A stretch of 64,000 bases of DNA from an uncultured Acidobacteriota bacterium (GTDB taxonomy: Bacteria > Acidobacteriota > Thermoanaerobaculia > Multivoradales > UBA5704), in the NCBI GenBank assembly GCA_963700145.1, contig OY969474.1:416001-480000 (forward strand). The letters are read 5' to 3'. Position numbers and translations under genes: made by a program. Shown piece after piece: positions 20,071 through 44,886 of this stretch (the stretch's first letter is position 1; every line of letters starts with the position of its first letter). The notes under the pieces are model-generated. The model made no database searches and had not been told where the DNA came from. It saw nothing but the letters and a program-made list of their open reading frames with translations.

Positions 20071-23000
20071 ATGGCGGACCCGAACGAGCTGCGGCCGGCG
20101 CCGTCCCGGCCCCCGAAGGTGACCCCCGCGGCGCGCGCCGTCCTCGAGGAGCGGCTGCGCGCGCGGCGCCTGGCGCCCATCGCGCCGCATCAGCTGACGC
20201 GTCGCGCCGAGAGCGGCCCGGCGCCCCTCTCCTTCGCCCAGGAGCGGCTCTGGTTCCTGGAGCGGCTGGAGCCGGGCAGCGGCGTCTACACCATCGCGCT
20301 CGCCCTCGCCCTCTCCGGAGAGCTCGACGTGGCGGCGTGGCGGCGGAGCCTTGCTGCGATCCGCGACCGCCACGAGGCGCTGCGCACGGTCTTCCGGGAG
20401 ACCGACGAGGGTGCGCTGCAACTCGTGGAGCCCGAGACGGGGCCTGGCTGGCCTGCGCCGCTCGTCGATCTCGCGGCGCTCGGCGCCGTCGCCTGCGCGG
20501 CGGAGGCCGAGCGGTTGGCCCGCGCCGAGGCCGCGCGGTCCTTCGATCTCGAGCGCGGGCCGTTGGTGCGGGCGCTGCTCCTCCATCTGGCGCGCACCGA
20601 GCACCACGCGCTCGTCGCCGCGCACCACCTGGTCTGGGACGGCTGGTCGACACGCGTCTTCCTCGCCGAGCTGCGGGCGCTCTACGCGGCGTTCGTCCGC
20701 GGTGCCGCGAGCCCGCTGCCGGAGCTGCCGGTGCAGTACGCCGACTACGCCGTCTGGCAGCGCCAGTGGCTGGCCGGCGACCGCCTGGCGGCGCAGCTCG
20801 CCTTCTGGCGCGCGCGGCTCGCCGACGAGACGCCGCTGGACCTCCCGACCGACTTCCCGCGACCGGCGGCGCAGAGCTTCCGCGGCGCGCTGCTGCCGGT
20901 CGCCTTCCCGCCGCCTCTCGCGGCCGCCGTGCGCGAAGCGGCGCGTGGCCAGGGGTGCACCGTCTTCATGGTCCTCCTCGCCGCCTTCCAAACGGTCCTT
21001 GCGCGCTACGCCGGGCAGGAAGCCGTCAGCGTGGGGACGCCGGTGGCAGGCCGCACACGCACCGCGACCGAGCAGCTGATCGGGCTCTTCGTCAACACGC
21101 TGGTGCTGCGCAGCGACCTCTCGGGCGACCCCACCTTCGCCGCCCTGCTGTGGCGCGTGCGCGAGCTGGCGCTCGAGGCGCACGCTCACCAGGACCCGCC
21201 GTTCGCCAAGCTGGTGGAGGAGCTGCAGCCGGCGCGCCGGCTCTCTCATTCCCCGCTCTTCCAGGTCATGTTCATCCTGCAGAACGCGCCGGGCGAGGAG
21301 CCCGAGCTGGCGGGGCTGCACATCACCCCGCTGCGGCCGGCGCGCGACACGGCGAAGTTCGACTTGACGCTGTCGCTGTCGGAGGAGGGGGACGCGCTCT
21401 TCGGCTCGCTGGAGTACGCGGTGGACCTCTTCGAGCGCGACACGATGGAGCGGCTCGTCGGGCACCTCGACACGCTGCTGGCGGCGGCGGTCGCGGAGCC
21501 CGGGCGGAAGCTCGCCGAGCTGCCGTTGCTGACACCGGCCGAGCGGCGCCAGCTCCTGCTCGACTGGAACGCTACCGAGGCCAGCTATCCGCAGGCGACG
21601 CTGCCGGAGCTGCTCGCCGCGAGCGCGGCGGCGCGGCCGGCGGCGGTGGCGGCGGAGCACGCTGGCGAGCGGCTGACCTACGCCGAGCTGGAGGCGCGTG
21701 CGAACCAGTTGGCGCGCTATCTGGAGCAGCGCGGGGTGGGGCCGGAGGTCCGGGTTGGCCTCTGCCTGGAGCGCTCGCTCGACCTGCTCGTGGCGCTGCT
21801 CGGGGTGCTGAAGGCCGGCGGGGTCTACGTGCCGCTCGACCCGGCCTACCCGCGCGAGCGCATCGCGCTGGTGCTGGAGGACGCGGCGGCGCCGGTGCTG
21901 CTCACCCAGCGGTCTCTGCGCTCGCTGCTCCCGGCCGTTGGCGCCATGGTCATCTGCCTCGACGAGCAGCGTCAGGCGACGGCGGGCGAGAGCACCGCGC
22001 CATTCAACTGCCCGGCGCTGCCGGACAACCTCGCGTACGTCCTCTTCACCTCCGGCTCGACGGGCCGGCCAAAGGGCGTGCAGGTCACGCACGGCGCGCT
22101 GGTCAACTTCCTCGAGTCGATGCGCCGGGAGCCCGGCTTCGCGGCGGGCGAGGCGCTCCTCGCCGTCACCACCCTGTCCTTCGACATCGCGGGGCTGGAG
22201 CTCTACCTGCCGCTGCTGGCCGGCGGACGCGTGGTCATCGCGTCCCGCGAGACCGCTGCCGATGGGCGGCTGCTGGCGGCCGAGCTGACGCGATGCGGCG
22301 CCGCGGTGCTGCAGGCCACGCCCGCCACCTGGCGGATGCTGCTGGAGGCGGAGTGGGAAGGGGACGGACGGCTCCGCGCCCTGTGCGGCGGCGAGGCGCT
22401 GCCGGAGGAGCTGGCGGCGAAGCTCCTGCCGCTGGTGGGCTCGCTCTGGAACCTCTACGGGCCGACGGAGACGACGATCTGGTCCTCCGTCGCGGAGGTG
22501 CGGGAGGGCGAGCCGGTGCGCGTCGGGCCGCCGCTCGCCAACACGCAGTTCTACGTTGTGGACCGGAGCTTCCAGCCTGTGCCGGTGGGGGTGCCGGGGG
22601 AGCTGCTGATCGGCGGCGATGGGTTGGCCCGCGGCTATCTCGGCCGGCCGGAGCTGACCGCCGAGCGCTTCGTGCCCGATCCCTTCGGCGGCGCGGGCGG
22701 GCGCGTGTACCGCACTGGGGACCTGGTGCGCTGGCGGATCGACGGACGGCTGGAGTTTCTCGGCCGGCTCGACTACCAGGTGAAGGTGCGCGGGTTCCGG
22801 ATCGAGCTGGGCGAGGTGGAAGCGGCGCTCGCGGTGCAGCCGGGAGTCGAGCGCGTCGTGGTGGTGGCGCGCGGCGAGGCGGCCGACAAGCGCCTGGTCG
22901 CCTACGTCGTAGGCGAGGCCGAGCCGGCGCGGCTGCGCGAGGCGCTCCAGGCGCGGCTGCCGGAGTACATGGTGCCGTCGGCGTTCGTGCGGCTCGAGGC

Positions 23001-23337
23001 GCTGCCGCTGACGCCGAACGGCAAGGTGGATCGTAAGGCGCTGCCGGAGGCGGTGGCGGCGCCCGCGGCCGAGTACTTGGCGCCGCGCACACTGGCCGAA
23101 GTGCTCCTCGCCGAGATCTGGAGCGAGGTGCTCAGGCGCGAACGGATTGGCGTCCACGACGACTTCTTCGATCTCGGCGGTCATTCCCTGCTGGCCATGC
23201 GTGTGGTCGCCCGCCTCTATCACGCCGCCGGCGTGGAGCTGCCGTTGCGCACCGTTTTCGAGGCGCCCACTCTCGAGGGTCTCGCCCGAGCTCTCGAGCG
23301 GGCGCTGCTCGGGGACGCGGGGGAGGTGACCTCTTGA
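20071..23337 (+). CDS. NRPS 3: C-A(Gly-like)-T
   Basis: HHLVWDGWS; FDIAGLEL/LQATPATW/NLYGPTETTIWS Gly-type pocket; GGHSL. Confidence 0.95.
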   Translation: MADPNELRPAPSRPPKVTPAARAVLEERLRARRLAPIAPHQLTRRAESGPAPLSFAQERLWFLERLEPGSGVYTIALALALSGELDVAAWRRSLAAIRDRHEALRTVFRETDEGALQLVEPETGPGWPAPLVDLAALGAVACAAEAERLARAEAARSFDLERGPLVRALLLHLARTEHHALVAAHHLVWDGWSTRVFLAELRALYAAFVRGAASPLPELPVQYADYAVWQRQWLAGDRLAAQLAFWRARLADETPLDLPTDFPRPAAQSFRGALLPVAFPPPLAAAVREAARGQGCTVFMVLLAAFQTVLARYAGQEAVSVGTPVAGRTRTATEQLIGLFVNTLVLRSDLSGDPTFAALLWRVRELALEAHAHQDPPFAKLVEELQPARRLSHSPLFQVMFILQNAPGEEPELAGLHITPLRPARDTAKFDLTLSLSEEGDALFGSLEYAVDLFERDTMERLVGHLDTLLAAAVAEPGRKLAELPLLTPAERRQLLLDWNATEASYPQATLPELLAASAAARPAAVAAEHAGERLTYAELEARANQLARYLEQRGVGPEVRVGLCLERSLDLLVALLGVLKAGGVYVPLDPAYPRERIALVLEDAAAPVLLTQRSLRSLLPAVGAMVICLDEQRQATAGESTAPFNCPALPDNLAYVLFTSGSTGRPKGVQVTHGALVNFLESMRREPGFAAGEALLAVTTLSFDIAGLELYLPLLAGGRVVIASRETAADGRLLAAELTRCGAAVLQATPATWRMLLEAEWEGDGRLRALCGGEALPEELAAKLLPLVGSLWNLYGPTETTIWSSVAEVREGEPVRVGPPLANTQFYVVDRSFQPVPVGVPGELLIGGDGLARGYLGRPELTAERFVPDPFGGAGGRVYRTGDLVRWRIDGRLEFLGRLDYQVKVRGFRIELGEVEAALAVQPGVERVVVVARGEAADKRLVAYVVGEAEPARLREALQARLPEYMVPSAFVRLEALPLTPNGKVDRKALPEAVAAPAAEYLAPRTLAEVLLAEIWSEVLRRERIGVHDDFFDLGGHSLLAMRVVARLYHAAGVELPLRTVFEAPTLEGLARALERALLGDAGEVTS

Positions 23338-23368
23338 CGTCCTATGATCACGTTGCTTCGCCGAGCCG

Positions 23369-26300
23369 ATGACCGATCCGGGTAGCGCATCCAGCGCCGG
23401 GCCGCTGGCCGACACAGGGCGACTCGCCACACGGGCAGAGACGCTTCTCGGCGAGCGTCTGAAACGGCGCGCGGCCGGGGAGGGCTTCGGGGCCGAGCGC
23501 ATCCCGCGCATCCCGCGCCGGGACGGCCGTGTCCCGCTCTCCTTTGCGCAGGAGCGTCTCTGGTTCCTGGAACGGCTGGAGCCCGGCGGCGCGGCGCACG
23601 TGCTGCCGATGGCGATCGCGCTGCGCGGGAGGCTCGACCTCGACGCCTGGCGCCGGGCGGTGACGGAGGTCGTCCGGCGGCACGAGGCGCTGCGCACCGT
23701 CTTTCGCGAGGAGGCGGACGGGCCCGTGGGTCTCGTCCGAGCCCCCGGGCCGGTGGCGCTGCCGCTGCACGATCTCTCGGCGCTCTCCGCGGTCGCGCGG
23801 GACGCGGAGGCGACGCGGCTGGCGGTGCGCGAGGGACGGCGGCCGTTCGACCTCGAGCGCGGACCGCTCCTGCGCGGCGCGCTGGTGCGGCTGGGCCCGT
23901 CGGACCACTACGCGCTCCTCTCCCTGCACCACATCGCCGCCGACGGCTGGTCGCTGCGCGTCCTGCTGGCGGAGCTGGCGCGGCTGTACGAGGCGTTGAC
24001 CTCCGGCGCGGCTGCGGCATCCCGCCCCGAGCTGCCGATCCAGTACGCCGACTTCGCCGCCTGGCAGCGCGAGCGCCTCGCCGGCGAGGTTCTCGAGCGC
24101 GAGCTCGCGTTCTGGCGCGAGCGGCTGGCCGGTGCGCCGGTCCTCGACCTCCCGACCGACTTCTCCCGCCCGGCGGTGCAGAGCCAGCACGGCGCCAGCC
24201 TGCCGCTGGCGCTCTCACCCGAGCGGTCCAAGGAGGTCCGGCGGCTCGGCCGCGAAGCGGGCGCCTCGCTGTTCATGACGCTCCTCGCCGGCTTCCAGAT
24301 CCTGCTCGCGCGCTACGCCGGTCAGGACGCGGTGAGCGTGGGCACGCCGGTGGCCGGGCGAGTGCGCGTCGAGACGGAAGGGCTGATCGGGCTGTTCCTC
24401 AACATGCTCGTGCTGCGCACCGATCTGTCGGGCGATCCGACGTTTGCCGAGGCGCTGGCGCGGGTCCGAGAGACCGTCCTCGCGGCGCAGTCGCACCAGG
24501 AGCTCCCCTTCGAGAAGCTCGTGCAGGAGCTGCAGCCGGAGCGCAGCCTCGCGCACTCTCCTCTCTTCCAGGTCATGTTCGTGCTGCAGAACGTCGTCGC
24601 GAGCGAGGAGGCGGCCCTGCCGGGCCTCAGCAGCACCGTGCTGCAGGCCGAGCGCGGAACCGCCCTGTTCGACCTCACCCTCTCCCTGTCCGACGATCCT
24701 CAGGCAGTGCACGGGCGGGTGGAGTACGCGACCGATCTCTTCGAGCGCGCGACGATGGAGCGGCTGGCGGGTCACCTCGAGACCCTCCTCGTTGCGGCGG
24801 CGGAGGACCCGCGACGGCGGCTGTCGGAGCTGCCGCTCTTGACTCCCGCCGAGCACCGTCAGCTCTTGCTGGAGCGGAACGCCACCGCGGCGAGCTATCC
24901 GGACGCGACCCTGCCGGACCTCCTCGCCGCGAGCGCGGCCGAGCGGCCCGCAGTGGTGGCCGCCGAGCACGGGAGGGAGCGGCTCACTTACCCGGAGCTC
25001 GAGGGCCGGGCGAACCGGCTGGCGCGCTATCTCCAGAGGCGCGGGGTGGGCCCCGAGGTGCGGGTGGGGCTGTGCCTGGAGCGCTCGCTCGACCTGCTCG
25101 TGGCGCTGCTCGGGGTGATGAAGGCCGGCGGCGCCTACGTGCCGCTCGATCCGGCCTACCCGCGCGAGCGGATCGCGCTGGTCCTGGAGGAAGCGGCGGC
25201 CTCGGTGCTCCTCACCCAGGAATCCTTGCGCTCACTGCTGCCGAGCAGCGGCGCGTTGGTGGTTTGTCTCGACGCCGAGCGCGAGGCGATCGAGCGGGAA
25301 AGTCCCGCTCCTTTTCCCTGCCCGGCGCTGCCGGAGAACCTCGCCTACGTCCTCTTCACCTCCGGCTCGACCGGGCGGCCAAAAGGTGTCCAGGTCGCTC
25401 ATGGCGCGCTGGTCAATTTCTTGGAGGCGATGCGGCGGGAGCCCGGTTTCGCGGCGGGCGAGGCGCTGCTCGCGGTCACGACGCTGTCCTTCGACATCGC
25501 GGGACTGGAGCTCTACCTACCACTGCTGGCGGGTGGCCGCCTCGTCATCGCAAGCCGCGAGGTAGCCGCCGACGGCCGGCTCCTCGCCGCGGAGCTGACC
25601 CGCTCGGGAGCCGAGGTGCTGCAGGCCACCCCGGCCACCTGGCGGATGCTGCTGGAAGGCGGCTGGGGAGGAGACCGAAGGCTCCGCGCGCTCTGCGGTG
25701 GCGAGGTGCTGCCGGAGGAGCTGGCGACGAAGCTACTGCCGCGGGTCGGCGCGCTCTGGAACCTCTACGGCCCGACCGAAACGACGATCTGGTCCTCCGC
25801 CGTGAAGGTGCGCGCGGGCGAGCCGGTGCGGGTCGGGCCGCCGCTCGCCAACACCCGCTTCTACGTCGTGGACCGGAGCGTCCAGCCGCAACCGGTGGGA
25901 GTGCCCGGGGAGTTGCTTATCGGCGGGGACGGCTTGGCCCGCGGTTACCTGGGGCGGCCGGAGCAGACGGCCGAGCGCTTCGTGCCGGACCCGTTCGCCG
26001 GTGCGGGCGAGCGGCTCTACCGCACCGGGGACCTGGTGCGCTGGCGGAGCGACGGGCGGCTGGAGTTCTTGGGCCGCCTCGACCACCAGGTCAAGGTGCG
26101 GGGGTTCCGGATCGAGCTCGGCGAGGTGGAAGCGGCGCTCAGTGTGCAGCCGGGGGTGGAGCGGGCGGTGGTGGTGGCGAAGGGGGAGGCGGCCGACAAG
26201 CGCCTGGTCGCCTACGTCGTGGGCGAGGCCGAGCCGGCGCGACTGCGGGAGGCGCTGCACGATCGCCTGCCGGAGTACATGGTGCCGTCGGTGTTCGTGC

Positions 26301-26679
26301 GACTCGAGGCGCTGCCGCTGACGCCGAACGGCAAGGTGGATCGCAAGGCGCTGCCCGAGCCGGAGGCGGTGGCGGCCCCGGCGGCCGAGTACGTGGCGCC
26401 GCGCACGCTGGCCGAAGAGCTGCTGGCCGAGATCTGGGGCGAGGTGCTCAAGCGCGACCAGATCGGCGCCTACGACAACTTCTTCGATCTGGGCGGCCAC
26501 TCGCTGCTCGCCATGCGCGTCGTGACCCGCGTCTACCAGGCGGCCGGCGTGGACATGCCGTTGCGCACCGTCTTCGAGGCGCCCACCCTGGAGCGGTTCG
26601 CCAACGCCCTCGAACGCGCCCTTCTCCTCGCCGCCGGCGAGCTCCCCGACGATCCCGTGCCGGCCAGCCCGCCGGGGGT

Positions 26680-26683
<4 letters not shown>
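23369..26683 (+). CDS. NRPS 4: C-A(Gly-like)-T
   Basis: HHIAADGWS; same Gly-type pocket; A-T region nearly identical to NRPS 3. Confidence 0.95.
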
Positions 26684-41183
<14,500 letters not shown>

Positions 41184-41344
41184 GCCTGTCCCCCTTCCCC
41201 TCGCAAGCCGCACTTATCAGGCAAACAGTAAGGACAGCACGGGTCTCCAGAAGCAACTAACGAATCGTCAATCCAGCGCCGGCCGAGCCGCGCTGCCGCC
41301 TGTCGACCGCACCAACCAACACCACTGAAGGAGGGGGGATCAGA

Positions 41345-43084
41345 GTGGAAAGCACACACGAAAACGAGGAGGCCCAGCCGGGCCTCGACCTCAACCGCCG
41401 CCAGTTCCTCGGCGGCGTCGGAGGGGTCACGGTCGGCACGCTCGCCGGCGGCCTCGCCGGCGTCGGCGCGTTGACCGTCGGCGCCCGCCCCGCCCGCGCC
41501 GACGAGATCGGGCCGCTATCGCCGTCCGACCGCGCCAGCGCGGCGAAGGCGATCCGCAAAGCCGCCGCCGACGCCGAGAAGGCGCTCGGCGTCTTCCCCC
41601 ACCCCTGCAACGGCGACGAGGCGCTCTACCCGAGCCGCATCGGCAGCTACCACAAGGCGCTGCCGCACGACGCCGACGGCTTCGTCGACACCGCCGCCTA
41701 CGCCACCCTCCGCGGCGCGATCGACAGCGGCCAGTTCGCCGACTTCGAGGCCGTGCCGCTGGGCGGCATCACCCGGCTGCTCAACCCGCTGGCGGCGATC
41801 GCTTTCAATCTCGAAGGGCCGGACAACGCGGCGACGGTCGGCGCCCCTCCGGCGCCGGCGCTCGCTTCGGCCGAACGCGCAGCCGAGGCGGCCGAGCTGT
41901 ACTGGATGGCCCTCACCCGCGACATCCCGTTCCCCAACTACGCCACCGACGCCACGATCGCGGACGCCTGCGCCGACCTCAGCAACCTTCCGGGCTACAA
42001 GGGACCGAAGGACGGAGGAATCGTCACGCCGCAGGTCCTCTTCCGCTGGCAGGCGCCGGGCGTCCTCGACGGTCCGATGACCTCGCAGTTCCTGCTGCGC
42101 AACTGGGTCTTCGACGGCGTCACCGTCACCGGGCGTGTCAACACCGCCGCCGTGGGCGGCGACTTCATGACCGAGTGGAACGAGTTCCTCGCCGTTCAGA
42201 ACGGCGGCGGCGGCAACGCCACGCCGCCGCTCGATGCGGTGTTGCGCTTCCCGCGCAGCGGCCGCGACCTGGCGATGGTCGCCGCCTTCGACAAGATCTA
42301 CACCGCTTACCTCAAGGCCTGTCACATCCTGCTCCAGTTCCCGATCAACTTCGCCACCGGCGCCTTCCTCGACGCGGCCTGGCCCTACAAGCCGGGGGGC
42401 AAGATGGCGGGGTTCGGCACCTTCGGCCTGGCCTGGCTGATCGAGAACGTGGCGTCGGTGGGGAAGGGTGAGCGGCACACCTGGTACCAGAAGTGGAACG
42501 TCCACCGGACCGTCCGGCCGGAGGCCTACGGCGGGCTGGTGCACAAGGCGCTGGCCGAAGGGTTCGCCCTGCCGATCCACAGCGACCTGACCACCGTCTC
42601 GACGGTGCTGCCGCGCGTCTTCGCCGCCAACCAGGCGCGCAACGCGGCGCGCGGGCTGGGCGCCGTCGGCACCTACCTGCTGTCGCAGCACCTCCGGCTC
42701 GGCTGCCCGACGCACCCGTCCTACCCGGCCGGTCACGCCTTCTCGGCGGGGGCCTGCGTCACCTTCCTCAAGGCGGTCGTCGACGAGGCCGCAATCCTGC
42801 CGGGGCCGGTCAAGCCGAGCGCCGACGGCACGACGACCTCGGCCTACGTGGCGGGGGTCGACGGGCCGGCGCTGACGGTCGGCGGCGAGCTCAACAAGCT
42901 GGCCCACAACCTGAGCTTCGGGCGCGACATGTCGGGGATCCACTGGCGGTCCGACGACGTGGCCGGCCTGCGGCAGGGCGAAGAGGTGGCGATCCGCTAC
43001 CTGCGCGAGCAGAAGGCGACCTACGCCGAGCCGTTCACCGGCTTCTCGCTCACCAAGTTCGACGGGACGACGATCATCATCTGA
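41345..43084 (+). CDS. Vanadium-dependent haloperoxidase with a Tat signal peptide
   Basis: NRRQFLGG twin-arginine leader; vanadate-binding motifs KWNVHRTVRPE, HPSYPAGHA and GRDMSGIHWRSD. Confidence 0.9.
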   Translation: MESTHENEEAQPGLDLNRRQFLGGVGGVTVGTLAGGLAGVGALTVGARPARADEIGPLSPSDRASAAKAIRKAAADAEKALGVFPHPCNGDEALYPSRIGSYHKALPHDADGFVDTAAYATLRGAIDSGQFADFEAVPLGGITRLLNPLAAIAFNLEGPDNAATVGAPPAPALASAERAAEAAELYWMALTRDIPFPNYATDATIADACADLSNLPGYKGPKDGGIVTPQVLFRWQAPGVLDGPMTSQFLLRNWVFDGVTVTGRVNTAAVGGDFMTEWNEFLAVQNGGGGNATPPLDAVLRFPRSGRDLAMVAAFDKIYTAYLKACHILLQFPINFATGAFLDAAWPYKPGGKMAGFGTFGLAWLIENVASVGKGERHTWYQKWNVHRTVRPEAYGGLVHKALAEGFALPIHSDLTTVSTVLPRVFAANQARNAARGLGAVGTYLLSQHLRLGCPTHPSYPAGHAFSAGACVTFLKAVVDEAAILPGPVKPSADGTTTSAYVAGVDGPALTVGGELNKLAHNLSFGRDMSGIHWRSDDVAGLRQGEEVAIRYLREQKATYAEPFTGFSLTKFDGTTIII

Positions 43085-43122
43085 CGAGCTTCGCCTTCAC
43101 GCCGCGAACGCGCGGCTCTCGC

Positions 43123-43159
43123 GGGGTGGCCCCTGGGGCTGGGGTCACCCCCTTTTTTT
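43123..43159 (+). terminator. Rho-independent terminator after the haloperoxidase
   Basis: GGGGTGGCCCC-loop-GGGGTCACCCC stem followed by T7. Confidence 0.85.
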
Positions 43160-43162
43160 GTC

Positions 43163-44293
43163 TCAATAGAGCTCGAAGACCAGGATGCGGGCCTCGAGCG
43201 GACCGTTCCAGACCGGGATGCGGCGGCGCGGCTTCAAGCCGATCTCCTTGCCGAGGCCGGGGCCGCCGGCCAGGACGGCCGCTCGCCAGCCGGGGAAACG
43301 GCGCTTCAGGAGGTCGCCGAGCCGCCGCCACTGCTCGGCGTCGCCGCCCAACCGCTCGCCGTAGGGCGGGTTGACCACGACCAAGCCCGATCCCGCCGGC
43401 GGCTCGATCTCGAAGGCATCCCCCCGCGTCACCTCCGCCCGCTCCGCGAGCCCCGCCCGCGCCAGGTTGGCTAGCGCCGCGCGCACCGCCTCGGCCGCTC
43501 GGTCCCTGCCGGCGAGCCGCAGAGTGTCGGCGCCCGGCGCCGGCAACGCCTCCCGCCGCACCGCCGCGAAGGCTGCGGCGTCGAAGTCCGGCAGCCGCTC
43601 GAAGGCCCAGCCGCCGCCCGACTCGGCGCGCAGCGCCCCCGGCGCCCGGCCGAGCGCGAGCCAGCCGGCCTCGACGAGCAGCGTCCCCGAGCCGCACATC
43701 GGGTCCACCACCGGCCCGCGGCCGTCCCAGCCGGAGGCCAGGACGCAGGCCGCGGCGAGAGTCTCGCGCACCGGCGCGGCGGTCGAGACGGCGCGATAGC
43801 CGCGGCGGTCGAGCGGTTCGCCCGAAGTGTCGAGGAGCAGGGTGGCGCGGTCGCGGTGGAGGCGGAGGCGGAGCGGCAGGTCGGGGCGCTCGCGATCGAC
43901 GTCGGAGCGCCGCCCCCAGCGCTGCCGCTGGCCGTCCACCAGGCCGTCCTTGACCTTGAGCGCCGCCCACTGCGGGTCGCGGATGCGCGAGCCGGCCGCG
44001 CTGGCGCGGACGGCGAGGCTGCGCGAGGGGTGGAGGAGATCGGCCCGGTCGGCCGCCAGGGCGCGCGCCCCGGCGGCCAGCGCCTCGCCGTCCGGCGCCT
44101 CCCAGGCGCCGAGCTCGACCAGCACGCGGTTGGCGGTGCGCAGCCGCCAGTTGGCGCGCCAGCAGTCCTGCCAGCCGCCGCGGAAGGCGACCGCGCCCGG
44201 CTCGCGCACGGTCTCCTGCGCTCCCAGCGCCGCCAGCTCGCCTTCGAGCAGCTCCTCCAGACCGAGCCCGCAGGTGGCGACGAGGGCCAGCAC
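43163..44293 (-). CDS. THUMP-domain RNA methyltransferase (RlmL N-terminal type)
   Basis: TCGLGLEELL, LDTSGEPLDRRGYR, APVRETLAA, DPMCGSGT, NPPYGER. Start placed at GTG 44293 (uncertain). Confidence 0.88.
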   Translation of the reverse strand: MLALVATCGLGLEELLEGELAALGAQETVREPGAVAFRGGWQDCWRANWRLRTANRVLVELGAWEAPDGEALAAGARALAADRADLLHPSRSLAVRASAAGSRIRDPQWAALKVKDGLVDGQRQRWGRRSDVDRERPDLPLRLRLHRDRATLLLDTSGEPLDRRGYRAVSTAAPVRETLAAACVLASGWDGRGPVVDPMCGSGTLLVEAGWLALGRAPGALRAESGGGWAFERLPDFDAAAFAAVRREALPAPGADTLRLAGRDRAAEAVRAALANLARAGLAERAEVTRGDAFEIEPPAGSGLVVVNPPYGERLGGDAEQWRRLGDLLKRRFPGWRAAVLAGGPGLGKEIGLKPRRRIPVWNGPLEARILVFELY

Positions 44294-44315
44294 CGGGGGA
44301 GTGTAGAGTAGGGAC

Positions 44316-44867
44316 ATGGCCCTCAACGACCTGATCGGAAGCTGGCGCGAGACGGTGCGCGGCGGCGACGTCGACGCCATCACCCGCCGCATCAAGGACG
44401 ACCTCTCCGGCCAGATCCAGCGCGAGGGGATGGACCTGCCGGCGAGCTACCGCGAGACCGATCCCGACCACTACGCCCGCCGTCTCCTCTACCGCGACCC
44501 CGAGCTGGCGCTGACCGCCGTGGTCATGGCCTGGGCGCCCCAGCAGGCGACGCCGCTCCACGACCACTCCGGCATCTGGTGCGTCGAAGGAGTCGTGGAA
44601 GGGGAGATGGAGGTCGTGCGCTACGAGCTGCTGGAGGAGCACGGCGCGGCCTGCCGCTTCGCCGAGGTGGAGCGGCTGCGCGCGACGACGGGCTCGGCGG
44701 GGGCGCTCATCCCGCCGCTCGAGTACCACGTCTTGCGCAACCCGACGGACCAGCCGGTCATCACCCTCCACGTCTACGGCGGCGAGATGGACCACTGCGG
44801 CGTCTTCGAGCCGCAGCCGGACGGGAGCTGGCGCCGCGAGGAGCGGGCGCTCTCCTACCACGACTAG
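44316..44867 (+). CDS. Cysteine dioxygenase family cupin
   Basis: YARRLLY, TPLHDH, EYHVLRN and TLHVYG give the 3-His facial triad plus Tyr. Confidence 0.85.
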   Translation: MALNDLIGSWRETVRGGDVDAITRRIKDDLSGQIQREGMDLPASYRETDPDHYARRLLYRDPELALTAVVMAWAPQQATPLHDHSGIWCVEGVVEGEMEVVRYELLEEHGAACRFAEVERLRATTGSAGALIPPLEYHVLRNPTDQPVITLHVYGGEMDHCGVFEPQPDGSWRREERALSYHD

Positions 44868-44886
44868 GGCGCCGGCTCGGAGCGGC

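Noticed and set aside
25072-26679. N-terminal extension of ORF 25072..29715
   Set aside because: It overlaps NRPS 4 out of frame; the real start is the coupled ATG at 26680.
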